A stretch of 64,000 bases of DNA from Candidatus Norongarragalinales archaeon (GTDB lineage: Archaea; Micrarchaeota; Micrarchaeia; Norongarragalinales; Norongarragalinaceae), in the NCBI GenBank assembly GCA_038884755.1, contig JAWABJ010000001.1:636953-700952 (forward strand). The letters run 5' to 3'. The notes under the pieces are model-generated. The model made no database searches and was not told where the DNA came from. It saw only the letters and a list, made by a program, of their open reading frames with translations. The translations under genes were made by a program, and so were the position numbers. This document shows, one piece after another, positions 1 to 9,643 of the stretch (position 1 is the stretch's first letter; each line of letters starts with the position of its first letter).

Positions 1-1100
1 GCATCACGATCAAGCTCGGCTATTCCGAAGCCGTTTTCTACAAATGCTCCTCTTGCCCCGAGCCGCAGTGCTATTCAGTAAAGCCGAAGTGCGAAAACTG
101 CGGCAAGGAATCGAAAGCCTTGCGCAAAGTCTCGTTTTTGGATTCGCCCGGCCACGAAACGCTCATGGCTACCGTAATCGCCGCTTCGAGCATAATGGAC
201 GGCGCGTTGTTTTTGATTGCGGCGAACGAAGAGTGCCCCCAGCCGCAAACCATAGAGCATTTGATGATTCTCGAGGCGGCTGAAATCAAGAACGTGGTGG
301 TAGTTCAAAACAAGGTCGACTTGGTTTCAAAGGAAAAGGCTTTGGAGAACTACAAGCAAATCAAGGAGTTTTTGAAGGGAAGCACGTTGCAAGACGCGCC
401 CGTAGTGCCGCTCGTGGCGAACGTCGGCGGTAATCTCGACGCATTGATTCAAACCATCGAAGAAACCATTCCCACCCCCGAACGCGCGGGGGAAGGAAAG
501 CAGGGTAAAATGCTCATAGCACGCAGTTTCGACGTCAACAAACCCGGAAAAGAAATCTCGAAGCTCACTGGCGGAGTGGTGGGCGGAAGCATAACCGAAG
601 GGGTTTTGCGCGTCGGCGACGAAGTAACGATTTTGCCCGGAGCACTGCGCGTGAAAAAAGAAAAAGAAACTTACCAGCCGTTGACCACGAAAATCGTTTC
701 CTTGTTTGCTGAAAACGAAAAGCTTGAGGAGGCGAGGCCCGGCGGGCTTATTGCGGTTGGAACGCAGTTGGACCCTGCGCTCACACACTCGGACTCTCTA
801 GTAGGAAACGTTTTGGGAAATAAAGAAACTCTGCCCAAAGTCTATTCCGAGTTCAAGATGGAAATAACGCAAATGAAGAGAATGCTCCAGAAGTTCACCG
901 AATCGTTCAAGCCCAGCGAGCCTCTGGTCTTGGGAGCGGGAACTGCAACGACGGTCGGATTCGTGGCCGAGCAAAAGAAAAACGTCGTGAAAATCTCCTT
1001 GAAAAAGCCAATCTGCCTCGACAAGAGCTCGCGCATTGCGGTCATGCGCAGGGCCGAAAACCGCTGGCGGTTGTACGGAACCGCAAAACTATTGGAGTAA
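1..1100 (+). CDS. eif2g: translation initiation factor aIF-2 gamma subunit (5'-partial; reading frame is open from position 3, start lies upstream of window)
   Basis: Frame 3 open from nt 3; Zn-ribbon (C-x2-C...C-x2-C) followed by RKVSFLDSPGHE switch motif and EF-Tu-like domains II/III; typical aIF2-gamma architecture. Confidence 0.85.
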   Translation, partial: ITIKLGYSEAVFYKCSSCPEPQCYSVKPKCENCGKESKALRKVSFLDSPGHETLMATVIAASSIMDGALFLIAANEECPQPQTIEHLMILEAAEIKNVVVVQNKVDLVSKEKALENYKQIKEFLKGSTLQDAPVVPLVANVGGNLDALIQTIEETIPTPERAGEGKQGKMLIARSFDVNKPGKEISKLTGGVVGGSITEGVLRVGDEVTILPGALRVKKEKETYQPLTTKIVSLFAENEKLEEARPGGLIAVGTQLDPALTHSDSLVGNVLGNKETLPKVYSEFKMEITQMKRMLQKFTESFKPSEPLVLGAGTATTVGFVAEQKKNVVKISLKKPICLDKSSRIAVMRRAENRWRLYGTAKLLE

Positions 1101-1103
1101 AAG

Positions 1104-1751
1104 GTGTGCTGGATGCGCGTGGTGCTTTTGGGGCCCCCGGGAAGCGGGAAAGGAACGCTTGGCGTGATGTTCGCGCAAGCCAAGAACATTCCACACTTGA
1201 GCACAGGCGACATGCTCAGAAAGGAAGTTGCGGAAGAAACAAAATTGGGAAGAGAAATCGGGCCGATAATAAACTCGGGAACTCTCATTCCAGACCAAAT
1301 GATGATTGAAGTAATAAGGCATAGGCTCGGGCGAGGCGATTGCGCGAAAGGCTTCGTGCTCGACGGTTTTCCTCGCACTACCGCGCAGGCAATCGCTTTG
1401 GACGCCATGCTTTCCGAAATGCGCATGGAACTCGACGCAGTGCTCTTGCTGACAGCCTCGAAAAAAGAAATAGTGCGCAGGCTTTCAGGGCGTAGGGTGT
1501 GCAGCCAGTGCGGCAAGATTTACACTGCGGAATATGCGAAAAACGCGTGCGAAAAGTGCGGCGGGAGGCTCGGCATTCGCGAGGACGACAAGCCCGAAGT
1601 GATAGAAAAGCGTTTGGGAATTTACGAAAGGCAGACTGCGCCTCTCGTCGACTACTACCGGGAGAAAGACCTGATTCTGGAAATAAACGGCGAGCAAAGC
1701 CCGCAAAAGGTTTTGAGCGACGTGCTCGCGGTTTTGAAAGAAAGCGATTAA
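1104..1751 (+). CDS. adk: adenylate kinase, long (bacterial-type) form with Zn-binding lid
   Basis: P-loop GPPGSGKGT, LID with CSQCG...CEKCG zinc knuckle, 215 aa. Confidence 0.9.
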   Translation: MCWMRVVLLGPPGSGKGTLGVMFAQAKNIPHLSTGDMLRKEVAEETKLGREIGPIINSGTLIPDQMMIEVIRHRLGRGDCAKGFVLDGFPRTTAQAIALDAMLSEMRMELDAVLLLTASKKEIVRRLSGRRVCSQCGKIYTAEYAKNACEKCGGRLGIREDDKPEVIEKRLGIYERQTAPLVDYYREKDLILEINGEQSPQKVLSDVLAVLKESD

Positions 1752-1790
1752 AACGGCGGGACAAAAGAATTATAGCATCGCGGAAACAAT

Positions 1791-1864
1791 GGGCTCGTAG
1801 CTCAGCTTGGCAGAGCGGCTGGCTTTTAACCAGCATGTCGTGGGTTCGAATCCCACCGAGCCCG
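1791..1864 (+). tRNA. tRNA-Lys (UUU), intronless
   Basis: Manual fold: acceptor GGGCTCG/CGAGCCC, D GCTC/GAGC, anticodon stem GCTGG/CCAGC with loop CTTTTAA, T-arm GTGGG-TTCGAAT-CCCAC, discriminator G. Confidence 0.85.
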
Positions 1865-1870
1865 CTAAAA

Positions 1871-1889
1871 GGAGAAACTACGTTTCTCC
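1871..1889 (+). terminator. perfect hairpin GGAGAAAC-TAC-GTTTCTCC 6 nt after tRNA-Lys; same motif recurs inside tRNA-Arg intron 2 at 20054-20078
   Basis: 8-bp perfect stem read directly; recurrence of GGAGAAAC/GTTTCTCC core at second locus. Confidence 0.4.
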
Positions 1890-1916
1890 TCTTTACTCCG
1901 CTTCCTTTGAGGGCGT

Positions 1917-2270
1917 GTGAAAATGAAGGTTCTCATGGACACAAACGTTCTGCTTGCGTTTCTAGACAACAAGACCGATTTCGCCGGCCTCATCAAGGAA
2001 ACGTACTTGTACGCAGAGCTTTACGTGCTCAAGCAAAGCATGGACGAAATCAAGGCAAAGCGCAAGGCGGCGTTCAGGCACATAGAAGAATACGTGAAAA
2101 ACAACGGCTTTCGCGTCGTTGGCGGGAGCGGAAAGGCGGATGGCTTGATCGAATCGTGGGCGAAGGCGAACAATGGGGTGGTTGCAACGCGCGATTTCGC
2201 CTTGAAAAAAAGGTTAAAAAGGGCGGGAATCCAAGTTATTTCGCTGAAAAACAACAAGCTAGGGCTCTAG
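1917..2270 (+). CDS. PIN-domain (VapC-like) ribonuclease
   Basis: N-terminal MDTNVLL acidic motif, conserved D/E positions (DEIK, VVATRD), 117 aa. Confidence 0.6.
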   Translation: MKMKVLMDTNVLLAFLDNKTDFAGLIKETYLYAELYVLKQSMDEIKAKRKAAFRHIEEYVKNNGFRVVGGSGKADGLIESWAKANNGVVATRDFALKKRLKRAGIQVISLKNNKLGL

Positions 2271-2311
2271 CTTGCCGAGCCGATTTGTTTTTTCCTTAAT
2301 GCTTTCTAGGG

Positions 2312-2884
2312 GTGTGTTTCGTGTACAAACTCGTCACTATCGAACAAACAGTCCGCATTCCGCCAAACCTGTTCGGGTTGAAGATGAAGGACGCGGCCTT
2401 GTCCATGCTGCGCGAACAGCTGGAAAGGACGGTCGACAAGGAATTGGGCATAGTGGTGAGCGTCGACAACGCGCGCATAAAAAGCTCGGGGAAAGTCTTA
2501 CAGGGAGATGGCGCCGCGTATGTTGACGTCGACTTTGACGCGCTGGTTTACGAGCCGCAAATCAACGAAGTCGTTGACGGCGAGGTGACCGAAATCGTCG
2601 AGTTCGGCGCGTTCGTGCGCATAGGGCCGGTCGACGGGCTGATTCACGTTTCGCAAATCGCGAACGACTTTTTCAGCTTCGACAAGAAAACCGGGAACCT
2701 GGTCGGAAGGGAGACCAAGAAGAACGTCAAGAAGGGGGACAAGCTGCGAGCGAAAATCGCGACGGTAAGCTTGAAGGACACGATTGCGGCGAGCAAAATC
2801 GCCTTGACCAGCAGGCCCGAAGGCCTGTCGGAAAAAAAGAAGGAAAGGGCCGGTAAAGAAAGGAAAGAAAGGAAGAGAGGATAA
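2312..2884 (+). CDS. rpoE: DNA-directed RNA polymerase subunit E' (Rpb7 homologue) with S1 domain
   Basis: Rpb7-N fold followed by S1 domain (GEVTEIVEFGAFVRIGPVDGLIHVSQI); immediately upstream of spt4 as in most archaea. Confidence 0.85.
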   Translation: MCFVYKLVTIEQTVRIPPNLFGLKMKDAALSMLREQLERTVDKELGIVVSVDNARIKSSGKVLQGDGAAYVDVDFDALVYEPQINEVVDGEVTEIVEFGAFVRIGPVDGLIHVSQIANDFFSFDKKTGNLVGRETKKNVKKGDKLRAKIATVSLKDTIAASKIALTSRPEGLSEKKKERAGKERKERKRG

Positions 2885-2887
2885 GGG

Positions 2888-3070
2888 ATGGAAAAAGCTT
2901 GCAGGAAATGCAGACGCATAGTCCAGGGCGACGTTTGCCCCGCGGACCAGTCCACCGATTTGACGAAAACGTTCGAAGGCTACATAGTGATTCTCGGGCC
3001 GGAGCAATCCGAAGTGGCCAAAGCAGTGAACGCCACCACTCCCGGAAAATACGCCTTGAAAATAAAGTGA
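2888..3070 (+). CDS. spt4: transcription elongation factor Spt4 (RpoE'')
   Basis: 60 aa, Zn-ribbon C-x2-C...C-P-x-D, conserved rpoE-spt4 synteny; stop overlaps next start (ATGA). Confidence 0.8.
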   Translation: MEKACRKCRRIVQGDVCPADQSTDLTKTFEGYIVILGPEQSEVAKAVNATTPGKYALKIK

Positions 3071-3369
3071 TGCAAAAAATGAAGGTTGTTGAAGAAAAGG
3101 AAAACAAGCTTTTCGAAAGGAAGGAAATAACGGTCGAAATCGACACTCCGGCGGGAACCCCGTCCAGGAAACAGGTTTTGGAAGAGTTGAAGAAGAAATT
3201 CCAAGGCGAGGTAGTCGTGGAAAAAATCGAGCAGAAGTTCGGGTCGAAAAACGTCACCGTCAAAGCCAGGGTTTACGCTTCCGCCGAGAAGGCGGCTTCG
3301 TTCGAGCCAGAATGGAGAATGCAAAGGGGCTTGGCAGCGCCTAAAGCCCAAGCTGAAGCAAAAGCATAA
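3070..3369 (+). CDS. rps24e: 30S ribosomal protein S24e
   Basis: MQKMKVVEEKENKLFERKEITVEID... matches S24e; the ORF-track N-terminal extension (from 2899) overlaps spt4 and is rejected. Confidence 0.8.
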   Translation: MQKMKVVEEKENKLFERKEITVEIDTPAGTPSRKQVLEELKKKFQGEVVVEKIEQKFGSKNVTVKARVYASAEKAASFEPEWRMQRGLAAPKAQAEAKA

Positions 3370-3378
3370 GGTGTTTTT

Positions 3379-3522
3379 ATGGCTGAAAAAGCAAAGAAGG
3401 AAAAAAAGTTCAAGCCCTACAAGGCCGGACGCTCTTGCCCCAAGTGCGGGGCCGGCGTGAAGCTCGCCGAGCACAAAAACCGCCTTTCGTGCGGAAAGTG
3501 CGGCTACATGGAAAAGCAGTAA
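3379..3522 (+). CDS. rps27ae: 30S ribosomal protein S27ae (Zn-ribbon), 47 aa, below ORF-track length cutoff
   Basis: [47 protein letters not shown]; C4 zinc ribbon; conserved position after S24e. Confidence 0.8.
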   Translation: MAEKAKKEKKFKPYKAGRSCPKCGAGVKLAEHKNRLSCGKCGYMEKQ

Positions 3523-3547
3523 ACCAACATTTAAACGCCCTAATCGC

Positions 3548-4108
3548 GTGAATGCTATTCAGACCATGAACGGAATACTCGAAGTGAATTTGAAAGCCAT
3601 AGCCTTCAGCCTAGCAATTCTCGCGGCGCCGTTCTTTCTCCTGAAGCTCGAAGGAAAGAAAAACTTCAGGAAAGAACTTTTGCTGGGAAAGCTGAACTGG
3701 GCTAAAACACTCTTTCAAGGCTTGAAGCTCTTCGCCGTAACGTTCTTCATCCTCGTCCTCCAGGGCATCATCCTGAACCTGCTCGGGCTTTTGGACAACG
3801 AGATTGTCGTTGAAATCATAACCGCCCAGGAACCCCTCGCGCTACTCATGGCAGTAACAATAGGACCCATAGGAGAAGAACTGCTTTTTCGGGGGTACCT
3901 GCTCAAGCGCATGGGCGTGGTATTGCAAGCCGTCCTCTTCGCCCTGTTCCACTACGGCTACGCCAGCATCTCTGAAATCCTCGCGGCGCTGGCTGTAGGC
4001 GTGCTCCTGGGGCTTTACGTAAAGAAAAACAAGGACATCTACTCGGCCATAGCTGCACACTCGTTCTACAACATTTTTTCAATAACGCTCGTTTTGTTTT
4101 ACGTTTGA
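3548..4108 (+). CDS. CPBP-family intramembrane metalloprotease (CAAX protease-like)
   Basis: Multi-TM protein with EELLFRG and FHYGY/HSFYN motifs characteristic of CPBP/Abi family. Confidence 0.65.
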   Translation: MNAIQTMNGILEVNLKAIAFSLAILAAPFFLLKLEGKKNFRKELLLGKLNWAKTLFQGLKLFAVTFFILVLQGIILNLLGLLDNEIVVEIITAQEPLALLMAVTIGPIGEELLFRGYLLKRMGVVLQAVLFALFHYGYASISEILAALAVGVLLGLYVKKNKDIYSAIAAHSFYNIFSITLVLFYV

Positions 4109-4129
4109 GAGCAAGGGGGAGGAGGGAGA

Positions 4130-5137
4130 GTGGGAAAGGCGTGCACGGTTTTGGGGATTGAAAGCACGGCGCACACGCTGGGCGCGGGAATCGCCGAAGC
4201 AGGCGAACGCATTTCAATCAAAGCCAACGCCGTTTCTAAAGTCCCGCACACGAAAAAGGGCTTCGTGCCCAGGCTGCTTGCGGAACACCACGCGCGCGTT
4301 TTCAAGAAGACGGTGCAAAATGCGTTGAAGCAGTCGCGCTGCAAGCTTCCTGAGCTTGACGGGATAGCGTTTTCTCAAGGGCCGGGCATCGGGCACGCCT
4401 TGAGGGTGGGTTTCGTGGGCGCCAGAACCCTTTCCGAGCTGCTTTCAGTCCCCCTGCTTCCCGTGCACCACGGCATCGCCCACATCGAAGTGGGAAAGTG
4501 GGAGTGCGGGTTGCGCGACCCGCTTGTGCTTTACGTTTCCGGCGGAAACACGCAAATACTTGTTTTGGACCCCGGCGAAAAACGCTATCGCGTGCTCGGC
4601 GAGACGCTGGACGTGGGCGTGGGGAATTTCCTGGACGTTTTCGCGCGCGAGTTCGGGCTGAACAACGCCGTCGAAGTAATGCACCACGCTTCGCAAGGGC
4701 AGAAGTTTTTGGAAATGCCTTACACCATCAAAGGGATGAACGTGAGCTTCACGGGACTGCTTACGCACTGCGCCCGCAATTTCAAGCCTCGCGTGGAGAA
4801 AGGGGAAGTGCGCTTGCAAGACGTTTGCTTTTCCGTGCAGGAAACCGTTTTCGCAATCCTCACCGAAGCGACCGAACGCGCTTTGCTCCACTCGCAAAAA
4901 AACGAGGTTTTGGTTTGCGGGGGAGTGGCGTGCAATACGCGTTTGAAAGAAATGCTTTCGGCAATGGCGAAGGAAAACAAGGCGAAGTTTGGCTCCACGC
5001 GCGACGAGTACAACCGAGACAACGGCGCGATGATCGCGCTCGTGGGCGCGAAAATGCTTTCCGCCAGCTTCATTCCGGGCGAAAACGAGATAAGCCAGCG
5101 CATGCGCCCGGAAGCGCAGGAAATAACTTGGGCTTGA
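4130..5137 (+). CDS. kae1: tRNA N6-adenosine threonylcarbamoyltransferase Kae1 (KEOPS catalytic subunit)
   Basis: ASKHA fold, HxxH metal-binding (HHGIAH), GGVACN motif; 335 aa. Confidence 0.9.
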   Translation: MGKACTVLGIESTAHTLGAGIAEAGERISIKANAVSKVPHTKKGFVPRLLAEHHARVFKKTVQNALKQSRCKLPELDGIAFSQGPGIGHALRVGFVGARTLSELLSVPLLPVHHGIAHIEVGKWECGLRDPLVLYVSGGNTQILVLDPGEKRYRVLGETLDVGVGNFLDVFAREFGLNNAVEVMHHASQGQKFLEMPYTIKGMNVSFTGLLTHCARNFKPRVEKGEVRLQDVCFSVQETVFAILTEATERALLHSQKNEVLVCGGVACNTRLKEMLSAMAKENKAKFGSTRDEYNRDNGAMIALVGAKMLSASFIPGENEISQRMRPEAQEITWA

Positions 5138-5177
5138 ATGCCGTAATGTAAAGTATTAAATTCCTTTCAAAAGAAAT

Positions 5178-5846
5178 TTGTTTCAAAGGTGGGCAATCAT
5201 GCAGACTAAAATCATGAAGTTAGAGCACGATATGGAAAAAATGGCGAAAGTCATAGACCAGTGCGTTTCCGTAATCCAAAAAGGCGGGACGCTGACTTTC
5301 CCCACGGAAACGAGCTACGGCATAGGCTGCGACGCGACCAACGAAAAGGCGGTCAAAAGGATTTACGAAGCCAAGGAGAGGGAGGCGTACAAGCCATTCC
5401 CGATAGTGATAAGCGACTTGCGCATGGCCGAAGAGTACTTCGTTTTGAACGACAGCGCCAGGAAACTCATCAAAGCGTTCATGCCCGGGCCTTTGAGCCT
5501 GGTTTTGGACAAGAAAGGCAGCAAAATGCCCGACGAGTTCTGGCCCAAGGAAATCGGCGTCGCGTTCCGAATTCCCGGAAAGGATTTCGTGCGAATAATG
5601 GCGCAGGAGGCAGGGGTTCCGCTTGTCGCAACGTCAGCCAACCTCTCGGGCAGGACGCCAATATACCGTTTTGAAGACATCAAGCAAACGTTCAACGGCA
5701 AAGTGGAGTTGATGGTTGACGGAGGAAACCTCCCCCCAATCCGCCCCTCGACCATAATCGACTTGCGCGACAAGCAACCCATCGTGGTCAGAGAAGGACC
5801 CTTGAACATCCAAGACATCCTCCGCGAGCTTTCCAAAGAACAGTAG
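5178..5846 (+). CDS. sua5: L-threonylcarbamoyladenylate synthase (Sua5/YrdC/TsaC family)
   Basis: YrdC fold motifs (FPTETSYGIGCDATN, SANLSGR); placed between kae1 and bud32. Confidence 0.85.
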   Translation: MFQRWAIMQTKIMKLEHDMEKMAKVIDQCVSVIQKGGTLTFPTETSYGIGCDATNEKAVKRIYEAKEREAYKPFPIVISDLRMAEEYFVLNDSARKLIKAFMPGPLSLVLDKKGSKMPDEFWPKEIGVAFRIPGKDFVRIMAQEAGVPLVATSANLSGRTPIYRFEDIKQTFNGKVELMVDGGNLPPIRPSTIIDLRDKQPIVVREGPLNIQDILRELSKEQ

Positions 5847-5857
5847 GAAAAAACAGC

Positions 5858-6442
5858 ATGAGAGGCAAAATCATTGGCAAGGGAGCGGAAGCAGTGCTAT
5901 TCCTGGCCAAGCTCAAAGGCAAACGGGTTGTAGTCAAAAAACGCCTGGAAAAAAAATACCGCCACTCTGTTTTGGACCACAAGCTGAGAAAAAACCGCAC
6001 GCGCAGGGAAGAACGCGTTTTGCAAAGGCTCAACGAAAAAGGCGTGAGCGCTCCGCGTTTTATAGACGCGAAAGACGCGCAAGTGGTTTTCTCGTTCGAA
6101 AAAGGCGTTCTTGCCAAGAATGCAACCTTGTCCAGCGCGGTTTTGAAAGAAATCGGAAGGCAGCTTGCGTCCGTGCACGAGGCGGGAATAGCGCACGGCG
6201 ATTTCACCACAAGCAACATCCTCGTAGACGGCGCGCGAGTGAAAATAATCGATTTCGGGCTTTCGGTTTTCTCGCAAAGCGTGGAAGACTACGCGACGGA
6301 CTTGGTGTTATTCGAGAAAACAGTTTCTACGCGCGAATTCTCCATTTTCCTGAAGGCTTACGCTAAAGCAAAGAAAAACTCCCGAGCCGTGGTGGCGCGG
6401 TTCGCAGAAATAAAGCAACGCGGCAGGTACGTCGAACGCTAG
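5858..6442 (+). CDS. bud32: KEOPS complex Bud32 atypical kinase
   Basis: Short RIO-like kinase: G-loop GKGAEAV, VVVKKR, HGDFTTSNILV, IDFGLS; 194 aa. Confidence 0.85.
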   Translation: MRGKIIGKGAEAVLFLAKLKGKRVVVKKRLEKKYRHSVLDHKLRKNRTRREERVLQRLNEKGVSAPRFIDAKDAQVVFSFEKGVLAKNATLSSAVLKEIGRQLASVHEAGIAHGDFTTSNILVDGARVKIIDFGLSVFSQSVEDYATDLVLFEKTVSTREFSIFLKAYAKAKKNSRAVVARFAEIKQRGRYVER

Positions 6443-6444
6443 GC

Positions 6445-6558
6445 TTAAAGTTCTCCAATCCTGCGCTTTTGCTTTCTCTTCAAGCGTTTTCTTCTCTTCT
6501 TAATCCACTTCCATCTCATGTGCCCTTTCTTTTTCCACTTGCGCGGTCTTGCACCCAT
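6445..6558 (-). CDS. rpl41e: 50S ribosomal protein L41e-like basic peptide (37 aa; alternative 24-aa start at 6519)
   Basis: [37 protein letters not shown]: extreme K/R/W composition resembling L41e; below ORF-track cutoff, embedded as C-terminus of spurious ORF 6445-6831. Confidence 0.5.
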   Translation of the reverse strand: MGARPRKWKKKGHMRWKWIKKRRKRLKRKQKRRIGEL

Positions 6559-6710
6559 AGTATAGAACCTCGTAATTAACGTTAAAAATACAAGAATTAT
6601 TTGCCCCGATTGCCTTTTATTTGTATTCAAATGCCCAAATACGCTTTCCTGACTTGCGGCAGCATTTTCGAACTTCACGGTCTCATATACAGGTCTAGAA
6701 AGAAGTGTGG

Positions 6711-8738
6711 CTAAGGACGCACGAGTTTCCTTACTTCCGCACGGTCCATTCTCTTCAACTGTTCTGCGCTTTTGACGCCCTTGTCGAAAAGCTTTCTCGC
6801 GCGCACGCGCCCTATCCCGCGAATCCTGCACAAATCAAGCAATTCTTCCTTGACCCCGTGCTTTATCCTGCGCGAGAGTATTTTCGCGTTTTTGTATGCA
6901 GTGGTTTGGTTCAACAAAAACGCTATTTCCTGCATGCAATAGCAAAGCCACTCGGAATTAAGCGCGCGAGAGTGCAACGCGCCTGGCGGCAAGTCGAACT
7001 TCTCCATAACGTCCGCTTCGCTCGCCTCGTTAATCCAAGCGTTCAACACCTTGGCAGTCTTGAATTTTTCGACTGCCTCGAAATCGCTTTCCAGCATTAC
7101 TATTTCCTTGTCGTCCAGCAAGCCGTACAACTCTTCCCACAATTCGTTCTCCTCGTTTTGCTTTACGCTCAACAGCGGGCGGGATTCCGTCGCATTTTGC
7201 AGCGCCATCAAGTAATCGAAAGGATTGGTTTTCGCTTTCTTGGTGAATTCCACGAAAGCATACGCACTGGCAGGGTCGATGTAAAGCTCCGACACCCTTT
7301 TCCCGAGCGGCGTTGCCAAAAGCAACCCGCCTTTCTCCCTCAAGAAATCCATGTCCTTCAAATCCGCGACTATTTTCTCTATAATGCCGTACAGTTCTTC
7401 CATGTTCACGTATTGGAACGCGAAGAAAGTCTTTTCGAAAAACGAATAAAGCGTTTTGAAATCTCGGCAGTAGTCCGACGCTATCAACGCAAGCACGTGG
7501 CTGCGCAGCACGGGCTCGCTGGAAAGCTTGGAATGAATTTTTTCGAGCGGGCCGAAAACGTATTTTTCCTTAACTTTGTTCCGCTCGGCGGAAGAACAGC
7601 AGAATATTCCCACTCCTTTCGAATCGTAGTTGGGGCGCCCGGCTCGCCCGACCATTTGGGCGCATTCCAACGCGGGAATGAATTCGGCGAAAGCGCCGTT
7701 GAAACGCTTGAGGTCTTTCACGATAACCCATGACGCCGGATAGTCGATGCCTATCGCGAGGGTGGTCGTGCATACTATCGCTTTCACGCACCGGTCTTTC
7801 TTGAAGCCGGTTTCAATGAGCTTGCGTTGGCCGGACGGAAGCCCAGCGTGGTGGAATGCTACTCCGTGTTTCAAGCATTCGGCAAGCGCTTCGCATTGCG
7901 AAGTGGGCGTGCCTAACGCTTTCAGGGTTTTTTCCGAAAGCCATTCGCACTCTTCCTTTTCTGCCCCGTCAAGAAACTTTGAAGCCAAAGGAATCAATTC
8001 CCTTGCAAACGATTCGGCATTACGGCGCGAAGAAACGAAAACCAACACTTGCGCGTCTTTCTTTTCCTTCAGCGCGCTTTCAATCAAGCCCTTTATCCCG
8101 TCGAGCTTTTCCTTGGCGCGTCCGTCCGAAATTTCGAGTTTTTCCCCGTCGAAAACGCCCAAGTGCAACGGCGTGGGGCGGTAGTCGCTTTGAATCAATT
8201 TCGCTTCAAGCCAATCCGCAATTTCCAAAGCGTTGGGAATGGTCGCGGAAAGGCAAAGGATTTTGCAGTTTTTTCCCAGCAGCTTTGCAAGGACTATTTC
8301 GAGCGTAGCTCCGCGCGAGTCGTCGCCCATCAAATGCACTTCGTCCGCTATCACGAGCCCGACGCTCTCGATCCACTTTGGGTTATGGCGCAAAAGCGAA
8401 TCCATCTTTTCGCTTGTCACTACGATAACGTCGAAAGAATGCAGTTGCTCCGAAGAGGAATCCAAATCGCCAGTCGCAATTCCAACGCTCAAACCGTGGG
8501 GCGAAAGCTTTTCCACAAACTCGTCGTGCTTTTCGCTCGCCAGCGCTCGCAACGGGACGATGTACAACGCCTTTGTTTTAGTGCGTTTGTAGTTGTCGAG
8601 GATTTTCATTAACGCCAAAAGAGTTTTCCCGCTTGCAGTCGGGGCCGAAACGACCGCGCGCTCGCTGGAAAGCAGTCCATCGGCTAACGCTTTTGCCTGC
8701 AAAGGATTCAACTGCGAATAGCCTAACTGCGAGTGCAT
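6711..8738 (-). CDS. hel308: Hel308/Hjm (Ski2-like) DNA helicase
   Basis: Walker [13 protein letters not shown] box, two RecA domains + WH + ratchet domain length (675 aa). Confidence 0.85.
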   Translation of the reverse strand: MHSQLGYSQLNPLQAKALADGLLSSERAVVSAPTASGKTLLALMKILDNYKRTKTKALYIVPLRALASEKHDEFVEKLSPHGLSVGIATGDLDSSSEQLHSFDVIVVTSEKMDSLLRHNPKWIESVGLVIADEVHLMGDDSRGATLEIVLAKLLGKNCKILCLSATIPNALEIADWLEAKLIQSDYRPTPLHLGVFDGEKLEISDGRAKEKLDGIKGLIESALKEKKDAQVLVFVSSRRNAESFARELIPLASKFLDGAEKEECEWLSEKTLKALGTPTSQCEALAECLKHGVAFHHAGLPSGQRKLIETGFKKDRCVKAIVCTTTLAIGIDYPASWVIVKDLKRFNGAFAEFIPALECAQMVGRAGRPNYDSKGVGIFCCSSAERNKVKEKYVFGPLEKIHSKLSSEPVLRSHVLALIASDYCRDFKTLYSFFEKTFFAFQYVNMEELYGIIEKIVADLKDMDFLREKGGLLLATPLGKRVSELYIDPASAYAFVEFTKKAKTNPFDYLMALQNATESRPLLSVKQNEENELWEELYGLLDDKEIVMLESDFEAVEKFKTAKVLNAWINEASEADVMEKFDLPPGALHSRALNSEWLCYCMQEIAFLLNQTTAYKNAKILSRRIKHGVKEELLDLCRIRGIGRVRARKLFDKGVKSAEQLKRMDRAEVRKLVRP

Positions 8739-8824
8739 TGGAAAGAAATCGCTGAAGCCTAGCTTAAAAACCTAATCAGAGTGCCTTTCCAGTGGTTATC
8801 CAAATTTTTAATGTGCTTCAACTT

Positions 8825-9121
8825 CTAGAAAGTGCAGGTTCTAAGGTAGCCGTTTGGCGTTTTATAGATAAAACCTTCAGTAAACAAGAGCTCTACAAAA
8901 AGCCCGAGTTGTTTCTTGCGTATCTGAGGGAAATGTTTTTTTAATTGCTTTGCGGTTAGCCCACCGCTTTCATGCAACTGAATCCAGACGGCTAAAGGTT
9001 CCAAACCTTTAGGTACTCTCCAAGGCGGCAAAGAATCTGCTAAACGTGTTTTTGAAGAAATCATGTTGTCACGGTGAAACCAAAAATCTAAAGAGTGGTT
9101 GCGAGAGGACAATGCCAACAT
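8825..9121 (-). CDS. hypothetical small protein, possible winged-helix; start uncertain (internal M likely)
   Basis: ORF only; AT-rich context. Confidence 0.3.
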   Translation of the reverse strand: MLALSSRNHSLDFWFHRDNMISSKTRLADSLPPWRVPKGLEPLAVWIQLHESGGLTAKQLKKHFPQIRKKQLGLFVELLFTEGFIYKTPNGYLRTCTF

Positions 9122-9417
9122 AAAAAGGCGATAACGCCTGGGAGTTTGCCTGCCCTCGCACCACAGTCTCTCTCCCTTACGGGAGAACTTTTCTGCCTTC
9201 GCTATTGCTCACGCAACACGCATTAAAAAACCTTTCGCTAAAAAGAGCTTAAGCTGCCTTGTTTCGTTTAGAAAAGGCGTAAAAAGGGCTTAGAATATGA
9301 AAAAGAGGAAGCTAAAGGTTCGTTTTCCCCAAGCCTCTTGTCTGTTTCTACACGAATTGTTTTCTTTTATACAACCTTTTAAGCGTATGCTACTACCCCG
9401 CGGGAACTAAGCCAAAG

Positions 9418-9488
9418 CAAATCAGATGACTCTATTTTCATCACAACTCGCTTTCGCGATCAGAAGTACCTCTAGTCATCATTCGAAT
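9418..9488 (-). ncRNA. candidate C/D box sRNA (2'-O-methylation guide)
   Basis: On minus strand: C box AUGAUGA (9482-9476), 12 nt, D' CUGA (9463-9460), spacer, C' GUGAUGA (9444-9438), 12 nt, D CUGA (9425-9422); canonical archaeal 12-nt box-to-box spacing. Confidence 0.45.
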
Positions 9489-9518
9489 ACAATTCTACTG
9501 GAGGATGTTAATAAGAAA

Positions 9519-9591
9519 TAGCCCCGGGCGGATTCGAACCGCCGTCCACGGATTCAGAGTCCGTTATCCTGGGCCGCTAGACTACGGGGCT
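9519..9591 (-). tRNA. tRNA-Gln (CUG)
   Basis: Manual fold: acceptor AGCCCCG/CGGGGCT, anticodon stem ACGGA/TCCGT, loop CTCTGAA, T-arm GGCGG-TTCGAAT-CCGCC. Confidence 0.8.
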
Positions 9592-9643
9592 GCAACTGGA
9601 AATCGAAAAAAAACATATGCCCGCGGGGTTTGAAAATGCTTTG

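Noticed and set aside
2899-3069. 5' extension of the S24e ORF overlapping spt4 in another frame
   Set aside because: Overlaps a well-supported gene; S24e homology begins at MQKMKVV (3070)
9380-9500. Possible 5S rRNA or SRP RNA (segment CCGCGGGAACUAAGCC resembles 5S loop C region)
   Set aside because: No helix I closing stem and no further conserved 5S or SRP elements could be found; region better explained by a C/D box sRNA
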